From assembly GCA_964648715.1 (NCBI GenBank), contig CAZYNM010000001.1, positions 80,040-144,039 on the forward strand: a stretch of 64,000 nt of DNA, written 5' to 3'. Of the stretch, positions 1-8,237 are shown in pieces. Position 1 is the stretch's first letter. Each line of letters begins with the position of its first letter. The position numbers and the translations under genes were made by a program. Source of the DNA: an uncultured Pseudomonadales bacterium. Lineage in GTDB: Bacteria > Patescibacteriota > Microgenomatia > UBA1400 > PJMF01. The notes below the pieces were generated by a model. That model made no database searches, had not been told where the DNA came from, and saw only the letters and a list, made by a program, of their open reading frames with translations.

Positions 1-1578
1 TATCTTTTCGAGATTAAGAATCAGGATAGTAATGATAAAAAAATATCTGACCATCGAAAAAACTTACATACACTATATTGGGAAAATATTTTTAAGGATG
101 TAGAAAACAAACCAAAATTAAATGGTTCTGCAGAAATTTTTTATCGAAAAGCTTTGCAAGAATCTGATCTTCAGAAGATTAAGGACAAAACAGGAAAAGA
201 AGTTATTAAAAATTATAGATTTTCAAAACCAAAGTTTATGTTTCATGTACCGATTACTCTTAATTTTTGCAAAGACGGTAAAACTCACCGTGAAATAATT
301 ACTGAAAATGTTATTAACAACAAAATTAATACCTTCATTGGTATTGATCGTGGTGAAAAGAATTTGGCATATTACTCAGTGGTAGATAGTAGCGGCAAAA
401 TACTTGACCAAGGTGACTTAAATATCCAGTTTGTTGACCAAGCGGGTAACCCTAGATCAATAAAAGTAGATGATACTATTTGCCATAACTACTGCGATTT
501 ATTGACTGTTCGTGAAAAAGAACGTGACAAAGCTCGTAGAAGTTGGCAAAGTATTTCACAGATTAAAGATTTGAAAAAAGGCTATATCTCTCAGGCAGTT
601 AGAAAAATTGCTGATCTAGCAATCAAGCATAATGCCTTTATTGTCCTTGAGGACTTGAATGCAGGTTTCAAACGCGGTAGACAGAAAATTGAGCGTTCAG
701 TGTACCAGCAGTTAGAGCTTGCCCTGGCACAAAAATTTAATTACCTAGTTCAGAAAGATGTCCCAGAGGGAGAAACTGGATCAGCAACTAAAGGTTTGCA
801 GCTCACACCTCTTGCAAGCAATTTTAGTGATATTGAAAAATCGGGTAAGCAGTTTGGCATAATGCTATATACTCGGGCAAACTACACATCACAGACAGAC
901 CCAGTCACAGGTTGGAGGAAGTCAAGATATTTGGCACCAGGAAGTAAAAATAATATCCGTCAACAGATACTTGAAAAATTTAGTGAGATTATTTTTGACG
1001 GGAATGACTACGTTTTTGAATATACGGATAGTGTAGGTACTCAATGGAAGTTATATTCAGGTAAAGATGGCCAAAGCTTAAAACGCTTTTACAATAAGAA
1101 AAATAGAGATGGTCTGTGGTTTAATGAGGAAATTAATGTTAACGCTTTATTGGATGAAGTCTTTAATACAATTAAACACAAGAAATCAATACGCGCTGAA
1201 ATCAAAGAAGATCCTGGTTGTGAATTAGATTACGAAAGGTTGAGAAAGGCTATAGAACTACTGCAGCAAATTCGTAACTTTGGAACGAGTAAAGGAGAAG
1301 AGGATTTCCTGCTTTCACCTGTCAGGAATCAATCGGGTGAACACTTTGACTCCAGAACAGCTACAAATGATCAACCTCAGAATGGAGATGCAAATGGCGC
1401 ATATAAAATTGCAAGAAAAGGAATACTTGTAACAGAGCATATCCGTCGTGGATATAAACTATTTATTTCTGATCCGGAGTGGGATGCATATTTAGCTGGC
1501 AAGGAAGTCTGGGAAAATTGGCTGAGCAGTAAGGAGAACCAGGCCGTACTTATAGCTAGTAAGAAGAAAAATGCTTAA
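1..1578 (+). CDS. cas12a: Cas12a (Cpf1) type V-A effector, C-terminal portion (5' end lies upstream of window)
   Basis: Frame 1 is open from nt 1 to the stop at 1578. RuvC-I motif GIDRGEKNLAYY, RuvC-II VLEDLNAGFKRGRQKIERSVYQQLE, RuvC-III DANGAYKIARKG. Followed directly by cas4-cas1-cas2 and an array with Cas12a-type repeats. Confidence 0.9.
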   Translation, partial: YLFEIKNQDSNDKKISDHRKNLHTLYWENIFKDVENKPKLNGSAEIFYRKALQESDLQKIKDKTGKEVIKNYRFSKPKFMFHVPITLNFCKDGKTHREIITENVINNKINTFIGIDRGEKNLAYYSVVDSSGKILDQGDLNIQFVDQAGNPRSIKVDDTICHNYCDLLTVREKERDKARRSWQSISQIKDLKKGYISQAVRKIADLAIKHNAFIVLEDLNAGFKRGRQKIERSVYQQLELALAQKFNYLVQKDVPEGETGSATKGLQLTPLASNFSDIEKSGKQFGIMLYTRANYTSQTDPVTGWRKSRYLAPGSKNNIRQQILEKFSEIIFDGNDYVFEYTDSVGTQWKLYSGKDGQSLKRFYNKKNRDGLWFNEEINVNALLDEVFNTIKHKKSIRAEIKEDPGCELDYERLRKAIELLQQIRNFGTSKGEEDFLLSPVRNQSGEHFDSRTATNDQPQNGDANGAYKIARKGILVTEHIRRGYKLFISDPEWDAYLAGKEVWENWLSSKENQAVLIASKKKNA

Positions 1579-1647
1579 GCAACTACTGTATATAAGTCCC
1601 ATAATATTGTAATAATCTTGTTATAGTGATATACTGCAAGATTATTT

Positions 1648-2205
1648 ATGCATGACTATATACAAATTAGTAAGTTAAATGACTTCATTTTTTGTCCATA
1701 CTCATTGTATTTACATACGATATATGATGGTTTTGATAAAAATGTATATCAGGATACCCCACAGAGTAGAGGTACTCTAGTACACTCTCCAATCGATTCT
1801 CAACAATATTCATCAGCAAAAAAATATATCCAAGCACTAAGTATATCTAGTGATAAGTATAAGTTAATTGGGAAAATAGACATTTTTGATCAGGAAAAGC
1901 AGCAACTTATTGAGAGAAAATACCAAGTGAAAACTATTTATGATGGTTATAAATATCAATTGTACGCACAGTACTTTTGCTTATTAGAGATGGGATATGC
2001 AGTAAAAGAATTATTGATCCATTCACTTAAAGATAATAAGCGGTATACGATTCCCATTCCTGATACTGCAGAAACAGCAAAATTCGAAGCATTAATTGAA
2101 AGAATTTATAAATTTGACTTACGACTATCAACCAATATAGAAATTTCATCTCAGAAATGTGCTCGATGTATTTATTCACCACTTTGTGAAAGATCACAAT
2201 GTTAA
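1648..2205 (+). CDS. cas4: Cas4 (RecB-like nuclease with Fe-S cysteine cluster)
   Basis: 185 aa. N-terminal Cys (FIFCPYSLYL), RecB-type D..E.K motif (IDIFDQEKQQLIERKY), C-terminal Cys cluster CARCIYSPLCERSQC. Position between cas12a and cas1. Confidence 0.85.
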   Translation: MHDYIQISKLNDFIFCPYSLYLHTIYDGFDKNVYQDTPQSRGTLVHSPIDSQQYSSAKKYIQALSISSDKYKLIGKIDIFDQEKQQLIERKYQVKTIYDGYKYQLYAQYFCLLEMGYAVKELLIHSLKDNKRYTIPIPDTAETAKFEALIERIYKFDLRLSTNIEISSQKCARCIYSPLCERSQC

Positions 2206-3149
2206 CGAGACCAGATTTCATTGAGAAAAAACTTGTTCATATTGGTAACTATGATCCAAAAGTTCCGAATGACTTGAAGTTTTCTAATGGCACTATACAA
2301 CTCTATAAAAATGGGAGAAAAATTGATCAAATCTCCTGCCATTTAGTCTTCAGTATTTGTATCATCGGACAAACTACTATTACTTCAAAGTTAATAGAAA
2401 AACTCCAGCAATTTGGTATTTCACTTTGTTTACTCAACTATAACCTAAAACCATACGCACTTATAAATAGTGCAGCAGAAGGCAATTATTTATTGAGAGA
2501 AAAACAGTATGTGGTTACACAGCAAAGAATGGATGAAATAGCAAAATCTTTAGTCATAAATAAGATAAATAACCAGAATGCGTTGTTAAATCAATATGGG
2601 CATACAGTAGATGTACTTTCATTACTACCGCAAATTGTAGACGCAAATAACAAGCAGCTTCTGGGTATAGAAGGAACTGCTTCAAAAAGATATTTTCAAG
2701 CTTTATTTAGAGATTTAAGTTGGCTGAAAAGAAGTCCTAGAACAAAAGAGGATATAAATAACCTCTTACTTGATATTGGATATACTTACTTATTCAACTA
2801 TGTTGATGCATTATTGAGTTTATTCGGATTCGATACCTATAAGGGTTATTACCATCAGTTATTTTTCCAACGTAAATCACTAACTTGTGATGTTATGGAA
2901 CCGCTGCGACCAATGATAGACAAGCAACTAGTAAAAGCATTCAATCTAAAGCAAATAAATGAGAAAGACTTTGTATTTGAAAACGGTAGTTTTAGGTTTG
3001 CTGAGTTTAGTTTAGCAGATAAATATACTCTCTTATTTTTGCGTTGTCTGATGGAGAAGCGTGAAGACATCTTCCAGTATGTAAGAAACTTCTATCTGCA
3101 TGTATTAGATCCAGAGAAATATCCATATAAACCAGTTTTTATACTATGA
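2199..3149 (+). CDS. cas1: Cas1 integrase
   Basis: 316 aa. Start overlaps the cas4 stop by 7 nt. Cas1-like central region (EGTASKRYFQALF) and acidic C-terminal catalytic region. Context cas4-cas1-cas2. Confidence 0.9.
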   Translation: MLTRPDFIEKKLVHIGNYDPKVPNDLKFSNGTIQLYKNGRKIDQISCHLVFSICIIGQTTITSKLIEKLQQFGISLCLLNYNLKPYALINSAAEGNYLLREKQYVVTQQRMDEIAKSLVINKINNQNALLNQYGHTVDVLSLLPQIVDANNKQLLGIEGTASKRYFQALFRDLSWLKRSPRTKEDINNLLLDIGYTYLFNYVDALLSLFGFDTYKGYYHQLFFQRKSLTCDVMEPLRPMIDKQLVKAFNLKQINEKDFVFENGSFRFAEFSLADKYTLLFLRCLMEKREDIFQYVRNFYLHVLDPEKYPYKPVFIL

Positions 3150-3427
3150 TAATTGTTACCTACGATTTTGCAAATGATAAAGTTAGAACAAAGTTCTCAA
3201 AGTTTCTTGAGAAATATGGGAGTAGAGTACAGTATTCTGTGTACCATATTAAAAATAGCCAACGAATATTGGCATGTGTCCTAGGTGAGATTGAGCACAA
3301 TTTTAGTAGCAAAATAAAGAATACTGATCATGTGTTGGTATTTCAAGTATGTGAGCAATGTGCCAAAAAAATTCATAGGTTTGGATGTGCTACTCATGAG
3401 GAAGAAGACGTGGTATCATTGGGCTAA
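3146..3427 (+). CDS. cas2: Cas2
   Basis: 93 aa. ATGA overlap with the cas1 stop. N-terminal MIIVTYDFANDKVRTKFSKFLEKYG, typical Cas2 beta-strand with catalytic Asp region. Immediately upstream of the leader/array. Confidence 0.85.
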   Translation: MIIVTYDFANDKVRTKFSKFLEKYGSRVQYSVYHIKNSQRILACVLGEIEHNFSSKIKNTDHVLVFQVCEQCAKKIHRFGCATHEEEDVVSLG

Positions 3428-3429
3428 TA

Positions 3430-3627
3430 AAGCTCTTTAACATTATTCCTACACAATAAAGCAGAAGTGCCGAGTTTATTATCAAAACCTCAGTCCTTAT
3501 TTTGACACATATAAATGTGGAATTCATTGATCTGAAGATAAATCATGCCTATTTTTTGAAGTTTTGTGATTCTGTAAATGCGATGCATTGAACATGAGTT
3601 ATTCACTTATACATCAGCTAATAGGCT
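3430..3627 (+). promoter_or_regulatory. CRISPR leader (AT-rich, presumed array promoter)
   Basis: ~200 bp AT-rich non-coding stretch between the cas2 stop and the first repeat. Contains TTGACA at 3502-3507, but no clean -10 at 17 bp spacing could be fixed by eye. Confidence 0.5.
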
Positions 3628-4100
3628 ATTGATAATTAGTTCCACATTTCTACTTTTGTAGATTTACTGAAAATGGGGTGGCAATCGAATTGATAATTAG
3701 TTCCACATTTCTACTTTTGTAGATAGCCTTGGTCATGTTTTTTGGATACTTATTGATAATTAGTTCCACATTTCTACTTTTGTAGATACTATTGAATGAG
3801 TAACTTTTCCTTCTAATTGATAATTAGTTCCACATTTATATTTTTTTAGATGTGTTCTCCCAAATGGCTCTCCTGTTATTTATAATTAGTTCCACATTTC
3901 TACTTTTGTAGATTAGCTGCGGAATGGCACAGACAATCAATTGATAATTAGTTCCACATTTCTACTTTTGTAGATTACTTTAAACGTCCACTGCCATCAG
4001 ATTGATAATTAGTTCCACATTTCTACTTTTGTAGATGTGCTACTTGAATAGAGATAGTCTCCAGATTGATAATTAGTTCCACATTTCTACTTTTGTATTT
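3628..4100 (+). CRISPR. Type V-A CRISPR array, 8 repeats (36 nt) and 7 spacers (25-28 nt)
   Basis: Repeat consensus ATTGATAATTAGTTCCACATTTCTACTTTTGTAGAT (Cas12a stem-loop UCUAC-UUUU-GUAGA-U at the 3' end). Repeats at 3628-3663, 3689-3724, 3752-3787, 3816-3851 (3 substitutions in the stem-loop), 3878-3913 (G4T), 3940-3975, 4001-4036, 4065-4100 (terminal, ends GTATTT). Spacers at 3664-3688, 3725-3751, 3788-3815, 3852-3877, 3914-3939, 3976-4000, 4037-4064. Orientation matches the cas genes; leader is on the cas2 side. Confidence 0.95.
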
Positions 4101-4161
4101 GTATTTGTGTTTGTTTAACCCACTTTCCTTCTTCTCGAATGTGCAGCAATAGACTACCATC

Positions 4162-4734
4162 ATGCGTATGTATCTCGCTGTTGGCTCCACAAACCCCGTT
4201 AAACTCCAGGCTGTGCGCACTGCCACTGCCGTGACCTGGCCAGATGCACAAATCATGGGCTATGATGTACCATCTGGTGTAGCAGCCCAGCCCTGGGGTG
4301 AGGAAGAAACACGTCGTGGCGCGCGGGCCAGGGCAGGTAAGGCACTTGAAGCTGCACTCCATGCCCAGAAACTTACAACAACCTCTCTGCACGATACTCT
4401 GCTTGGGGTTGGTCTAGAAGGTGGTGTCTTTTTGGATGGCAGCGAGCTGTGGACTACGGTATGGGTTGCTGTCACGGATACCACTGGGCAGTACTATGAA
4501 GGTAACGGTGCTCGGTTCCGTATCCCGGATGTCATCGCAGATAAGATTAAAGACGGTGGTGAAATGGGCCCGGTGGTGAGTGAGCTAGTAAACAAAGCAA
4601 ATATTAAGCAAACTATTGGTATGATTGGAGTTGTCACGAACTCTTTTGTTGATCGGGCAGAAGAGTACGCTGCCATTGCCAAACTGGCATTGGGGTTATG
4701 GTATGGACGTACTTGGCAAGAGCTAGTAAGATAG
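4162..4734 (+). CDS. yjjX: Inosine/xanthosine triphosphatase, YjjX (DUF84) family
   Basis: 190 aa. Collinear similarity to E. coli YjjX: VGSTNPVKLQAV, PWGEEETRRGARARAG, GPVVSELV, IGMIGVVTNSFVDRAEEYAAIAKLAL. Noticeably more GC-rich than the cas genes. Confidence 0.8.
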   Translation: MRMYLAVGSTNPVKLQAVRTATAVTWPDAQIMGYDVPSGVAAQPWGEEETRRGARARAGKALEAALHAQKLTTTSLHDTLLGVGLEGGVFLDGSELWTTVWVAVTDTTGQYYEGNGARFRIPDVIADKIKDGGEMGPVVSELVNKANIKQTIGMIGVVTNSFVDRAEEYAAIAKLALGLWYGRTWQELVR

Positions 4735-4743
4735 GACGAGCAT

Positions 4744-5457
4744 ATGCAGCTTCCACGACCACAACAGTTTACCGCTCGTCTTGAAGAGAAAGTGCAGCAC
4801 ACAGACAAGTACGTGCAGTACTCATTTGAGCTCACTGAACCACACACCATGCAGTTTGTGGCAGGACAGTATGTTTCTATCAAAGTTTCGGAAGCAGGAC
4901 AACGACGTGCCTACTCAATTTGTTCGGCACCAAGCATTGATCACGGTTTTGAGCTTCTCGTAGACATTTCTCCTAAAGGCTTGGGGTGTTGTTATTTGGA
5001 AAGTCTCAAGTTTGGTGACACTGTATCGGTGCTTGGGCCTCTGGGTATGTTTACCATGCCAGAGACAGATGAGACAGCCCGCTACTGTATTGCTACTGGT
5101 TCCGGTATCGCGCCGTTTCGCTCCATGATTCTTGACGAGTTACAAAACAAACATGATCCACGACCACTCACACTGTACTGGGGACTTCGTCACGAGCAGG
5201 ATATGTTTTGGGAGCTTGAGTTCCAAGAACTTGCACAAAGCTTTCCACACTTTACCAGCAAAATCATTCTCTCTCAGCCGGGAGAGAACTGGCCGCTTGA
5301 TAAAGGAAGGGTCACTGATTTATTGACGGCCTTAGGGACACCAGCAACTGCCGGGTATTATCTCTGTGGTAATGGCGCGATGGTTAAGCAAGCCATTGAG
5401 CAACTTACTCAGGCAGGTGTGCCACAGCAACATATTCATCACGAAATGTTTTTTTAA
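4744..5457 (+). CDS. FNR-like FAD/NAD(P)-binding oxidoreductase (ferredoxin reductase-type)
   Basis: 237 aa. RAYSI (RxYS FAD motif), GTGIAPFRSM nucleotide-binding motif. No extra Cys cluster. Adjacent to a ferredoxin gene. Confidence 0.7.
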   Translation: MQLPRPQQFTARLEEKVQHTDKYVQYSFELTEPHTMQFVAGQYVSIKVSEAGQRRAYSICSAPSIDHGFELLVDISPKGLGCCYLESLKFGDTVSVLGPLGMFTMPETDETARYCIATGSGIAPFRSMILDELQNKHDPRPLTLYWGLRHEQDMFWELEFQELAQSFPHFTSKIILSQPGENWPLDKGRVTDLLTALGTPATAGYYLCGNGAMVKQAIEQLTQAGVPQQHIHHEMFF

Positions 5458-5477
5458 TAAAAAGGAAGGTAAGGTTT

Positions 5478-5780
5478 ATGCAAGATCAAACGAATCCAGT
5501 AGCTGCACCTGTAGCTCAAGAAACAATCACTGGTACCCACCAGACCAAAATGATTGGTAAATATCGTGTGGAAGTTATTAGAGATAAATGTATTAGTGCA
5601 GGTAGTTGTGTGGCAATTGCACCAGGTGTTTTTCAGCTTGATGAGCAAAAACTTGCCTATGTCCTTTCTCAAGATGGGGCCGAAGATGAAATGAAGTTGC
5701 TTGCTGCTCAAAGTTGCCCCACTATGGCTATCAAGGTAGTAGATACAGAAACCAATACTCAAGTGTGGCCTATCGAATAA
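5478..5780 (+). CDS. Ferredoxin (single [4Fe-4S]/[3Fe-4S]-type)
   Basis: 100 aa. CISAGSCVAIAP ... SCPTMAI cysteine pattern. SD-like AAGGAAGG upstream. Confidence 0.7.
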   Translation: MQDQTNPVAAPVAQETITGTHQTKMIGKYRVEVIRDKCISAGSCVAIAPGVFQLDEQKLAYVLSQDGAEDEMKLLAAQSCPTMAIKVVDTETNTQVWPIE

Positions 5781-5795
5781 CAAGGAGACGACCAT

Positions 5796-6449
5796 ATGAA
5801 AAACATTCCACTACTTATTGGTACAATTGTTGGTACTTTCTTAATGATTTTTGGCGTCGCATTTTTCTTTTCAGGAAAAACTGAACAGGAGCAAAGTGCA
5901 GCACAGGTAGATCCGGTACAGTTAGTGGCTGATGCAAGTAAGAGTGTTGGCTCTGAGTCTGCACCAGTTACAATCGTGGAATTTAGTGATTTTCAGTGCC
6001 CTGCATGTAAGAGCTCACAGTCGCTTTTGAAGCAACTGCTCAGCCAAAAAGGCGAGTCAATACGTATGGTGTATAAGCATTTTCCACTTACTGATATTCA
6101 CCCCAATGCACAACTAGCTGCACAGGCTGCAGAAGCTGCACAAGGTATGGGGAAGTTCTGGGAGTTTCATGACGTGCTATTTGAGAAACAAGATGAATGG
6201 GCCAAAATTACCGACAAAAAAACACTCATTAATCAGTTCGCTACATATGCTGAAAACTTAAAGCTTGACAAGCGTCAGTTCTTAGAGAGAATAGAGTCAC
6301 AGACTAGTATCCAAGCAGTCAAAAAAGATCAAGAACTTGGTACAAGTGTGAAAGTAGAAGGTACACCAACATTCTTTGTAAACGGTCAAAAGACTACCGC
6401 CCCTCAGCTCTTCGCAGCTGTTGAGTCTTTGACAGCAAAAAAGGAATGA
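5796..6449 (+). CDS. DsbA-like thiol:disulfide oxidoreductase (thioredoxin fold), membrane-anchored
   Basis: 217 aa. N-terminal TM helix, then CPAC active-site motif (FSDFQCPACKSS) in a DsbA-like context. Confidence 0.7.
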   Translation: MKNIPLLIGTIVGTFLMIFGVAFFFSGKTEQEQSAAQVDPVQLVADASKSVGSESAPVTIVEFSDFQCPACKSSQSLLKQLLSQKGESIRMVYKHFPLTDIHPNAQLAAQAAEAAQGMGKFWEFHDVLFEKQDEWAKITDKKTLINQFATYAENLKLDKRQFLERIESQTSIQAVKKDQELGTSVKVEGTPTFFVNGQKTTAPQLFAAVESLTAKKE

Positions 6450-6471
6450 AGTTAGGTAACAAAAGGGGCTT

Positions 6472-6999
6472 ATGAAGCGTTTCACTCCATATATTTTTCC
6501 ACTCATAGTGGTGGCAATTGTGTTCTTCTTGGTATATCGATGGTACACGCTTCGTACCGAACGCTCAGCACAAAACTCACGCTATGGTGAAGGTATTCAA
6601 ATTGAAAATGTAAGTAGTGCAGAAGCAAGCAAGATGCTAGTGGGTGGCAAAGATGTTACAACGAGTCCGCTCAAACTTTCTGAAACAGCACCCCAAGAGA
6701 TAGTTGGTAGAGGAAGCATCCGGTATGAAGTCCAGGGTGACAAAGTTGTTTTTAGTGTCGCTGCTGATCTGCCCAAAAAAGAGATGCCATATGTTGTCTG
6801 GATGCGTTCAGTGGGTGGTGATGATCTTACTCAAGCCTTCCTTCTTACCGAGGGCAAAGGTGGTTTAGTAGGTAGTGCAGTGGTTCCGGCAAGTTCATTG
6901 CCACTAGAGGTTATTGTGAGTACCGCTCAAACAAAGGGTGAAGTACTTAAACAAGAGATTCTTAAAGGTAAACTGGAAAAACCAGAACAAAAGAAGTAG
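6472..6999 (+). CDS. Hypothetical membrane-anchored protein
   Basis: 175 aa. Single N-terminal TM (IFPLIVVAIVFFLVY). No recognisable motifs. Confidence 0.5.
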   Translation: MKRFTPYIFPLIVVAIVFFLVYRWYTLRTERSAQNSRYGEGIQIENVSSAEASKMLVGGKDVTTSPLKLSETAPQEIVGRGSIRYEVQGDKVVFSVAADLPKKEMPYVVWMRSVGGDDLTQAFLLTEGKGGLVGSAVVPASSLPLEVIVSTAQTKGEVLKQEILKGKLEKPEQKK

Positions 7000-7125
7000 C
7001 AGCGCATTTGCTCCTTGAAGTGAACCTCAAGGGCAAGTATGATGGATAGAACCGACGTGGTAACTAAGAAGACGTCACTCAGTAACAAACTAGCTCTCAC
7101 ATAGTGAGAGGAAAAAGGAGTAACT

Positions 7126-7323
7126 ATGGCATACAGTTATACCAATGCCAAAGGTCAAACCTATTACTTGCACACACAGCAAGTAACTCTTAAGAACGGC
7201 AAAGTGCAGACAATCTACTTTTTTGCACGCACCGTTCGCGCAGGTGCAATGGACAAAGTTCCAGCTGGTTACACCGTCATGGAAACCAAGCGCACCAGTA
7301 TGCCAGTTCTTAAGAAGGCATAA
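7126..7323 (+). CDS. Small hypothetical protein (65 aa)
   Basis: Preceded by a 7-bp hairpin (CTCTCAC-ATA-GTGAGAG) and the SD AAAAAGGAG. Followed by a textbook intrinsic terminator. Confidence 0.5.
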   Translation: MAYSYTNAKGQTYYLHTQQVTLKNGKVQTIYFFARTVRAGAMDKVPAGYTVMETKRTSMPVLKKA

Positions 7324-7343
7324 GCGTTTCGCTTTAAAAATGG

Positions 7344-7371
7344 AAAGCCCCCTTTGTAGGGGGCTTTTTTG
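7344..7371 (+). terminator. Rho-independent terminator
   Basis: AAAGCCCCC-TTTGTA-GGGGGCTTT followed by a T-run, immediately after the 7126-7323 ORF. Confidence 0.75.
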
Positions 7372-7431
7372 TGCTTATGTATATGCAAATGTAAAAGTTA
7401 TGCCAGCCTCTGGTGATACTGATGGGCGGGG

Positions 7432-7785
7432 TTGTATACTACAGGGCACATGTCACACATCACCTCTGACCAAGTAAAAAATTGTTTACGCACTGTACTT
7501 GATCCAGAGCTAAATATAGATATTGTTAGTCTGGGACTTATTTATGAGGTAACAGTACGTCCAGTTCAGACAGCAACTGGCCAGCGTACCCACGTACACA
7601 TTGTGATGACCCTCACCACTCCTGGATGCCCACTGATCCATGTTTTTGAACCCAAAGTGCGTGAAGCACTCCAAACACTTCCTGATCTTGATACCTATAA
7701 AGATGTAGAGATTGAGTTGACCTTTGATCCCCCATGGATTCCTGATATGATGGAGCCTGCAGCGCGTGCTGAGCTAGGGGTATAG
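7432..7785 (+). CDS. DUF59 / MIP18-family Fe-S cluster assembly protein (SufT-like)
   Basis: 117 aa. DPELNIDIVSLGLIY ... TLTTPGCPL hallmark of the DUF59 family. Start could be the internal Met at 7450. Confidence 0.65.
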   Translation: MYTTGHMSHITSDQVKNCLRTVLDPELNIDIVSLGLIYEVTVRPVQTATGQRTHVHIVMTLTTPGCPLIHVFEPKVREALQTLPDLDTYKDVEIELTFDPPWIPDMMEPAARAELGV

Positions 7786-7787
7786 CT

Positions 7788-8234
7788 ATGACAAAGCAAG
7801 TTTTTATTGGGGCAGATCACGGCGGATTCACTTATAAGGCTGCACTCATTTCTCAACTTACACAAGCTGGATATACCGTTGTTGATTGTGGTGCTACTAC
7901 ACTAGAGCCAGACGATGATTACCCAATATATGCTCATGCTGTGGCTGAGGCAGTTGTTGCTCACGCGGACAGCACAGGAATACTCCTTTGCAGAACAGGA
8001 GCCGGCATGTGCATTGCGGCCAATAAACATCCTGGTATACGAGCTGTATGCGCACAGAGCGTCCCGCAAGCTGTACGTGCGCGTGAACACAACCATGTGA
8101 ATGTGTTAGCTATAGGTGCAGACGAAATGGAGCAGAACCTTGTATGGCCCGTAGTTGAAGCCTTCCTTACGGCAGACCCATCACAAGAGGAACGACATAT
8201 CCGCAGAGTACAACAAATTACGTCATTAGAATGA
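7788..8234 (+). CDS. rpiB: Ribose-5-phosphate isomerase B (RpiB/LacAB family)
   Basis: 148 aa. IGADHGGFTYK ... VVDCG ... CRTGAGMCIAANK motifs. Confidence 0.85.
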   Translation: MTKQVFIGADHGGFTYKAALISQLTQAGYTVVDCGATTLEPDDDYPIYAHAVAEAVVAHADSTGILLCRTGAGMCIAANKHPGIRAVCAQSVPQAVRAREHNHVNVLAIGADEMEQNLVWPVVEAFLTADPSQEERHIRRVQQITSLE

Positions 8235-8237
8235 TCT

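Noticed and set aside
4023-4484. Track ORFs overlapping the CRISPR array and its flank (4023-4256 minus, 4087-4392 minus, 4260-4484 minus)
   Set aside because: They run through the repeats or antisense to the well-supported yjjX gene. They are low-complexity and have no support.
4162-7000. Possibility that genes right after the array (yjjX, FNR, ferredoxin, DsbA-like) form a novel CRISPR-associated or defence module
   Set aside because: All have clear housekeeping or redox homology. They are compositionally unlike the cas island and are co-directional with a long metabolic block. Adjacency is best explained by island insertion.
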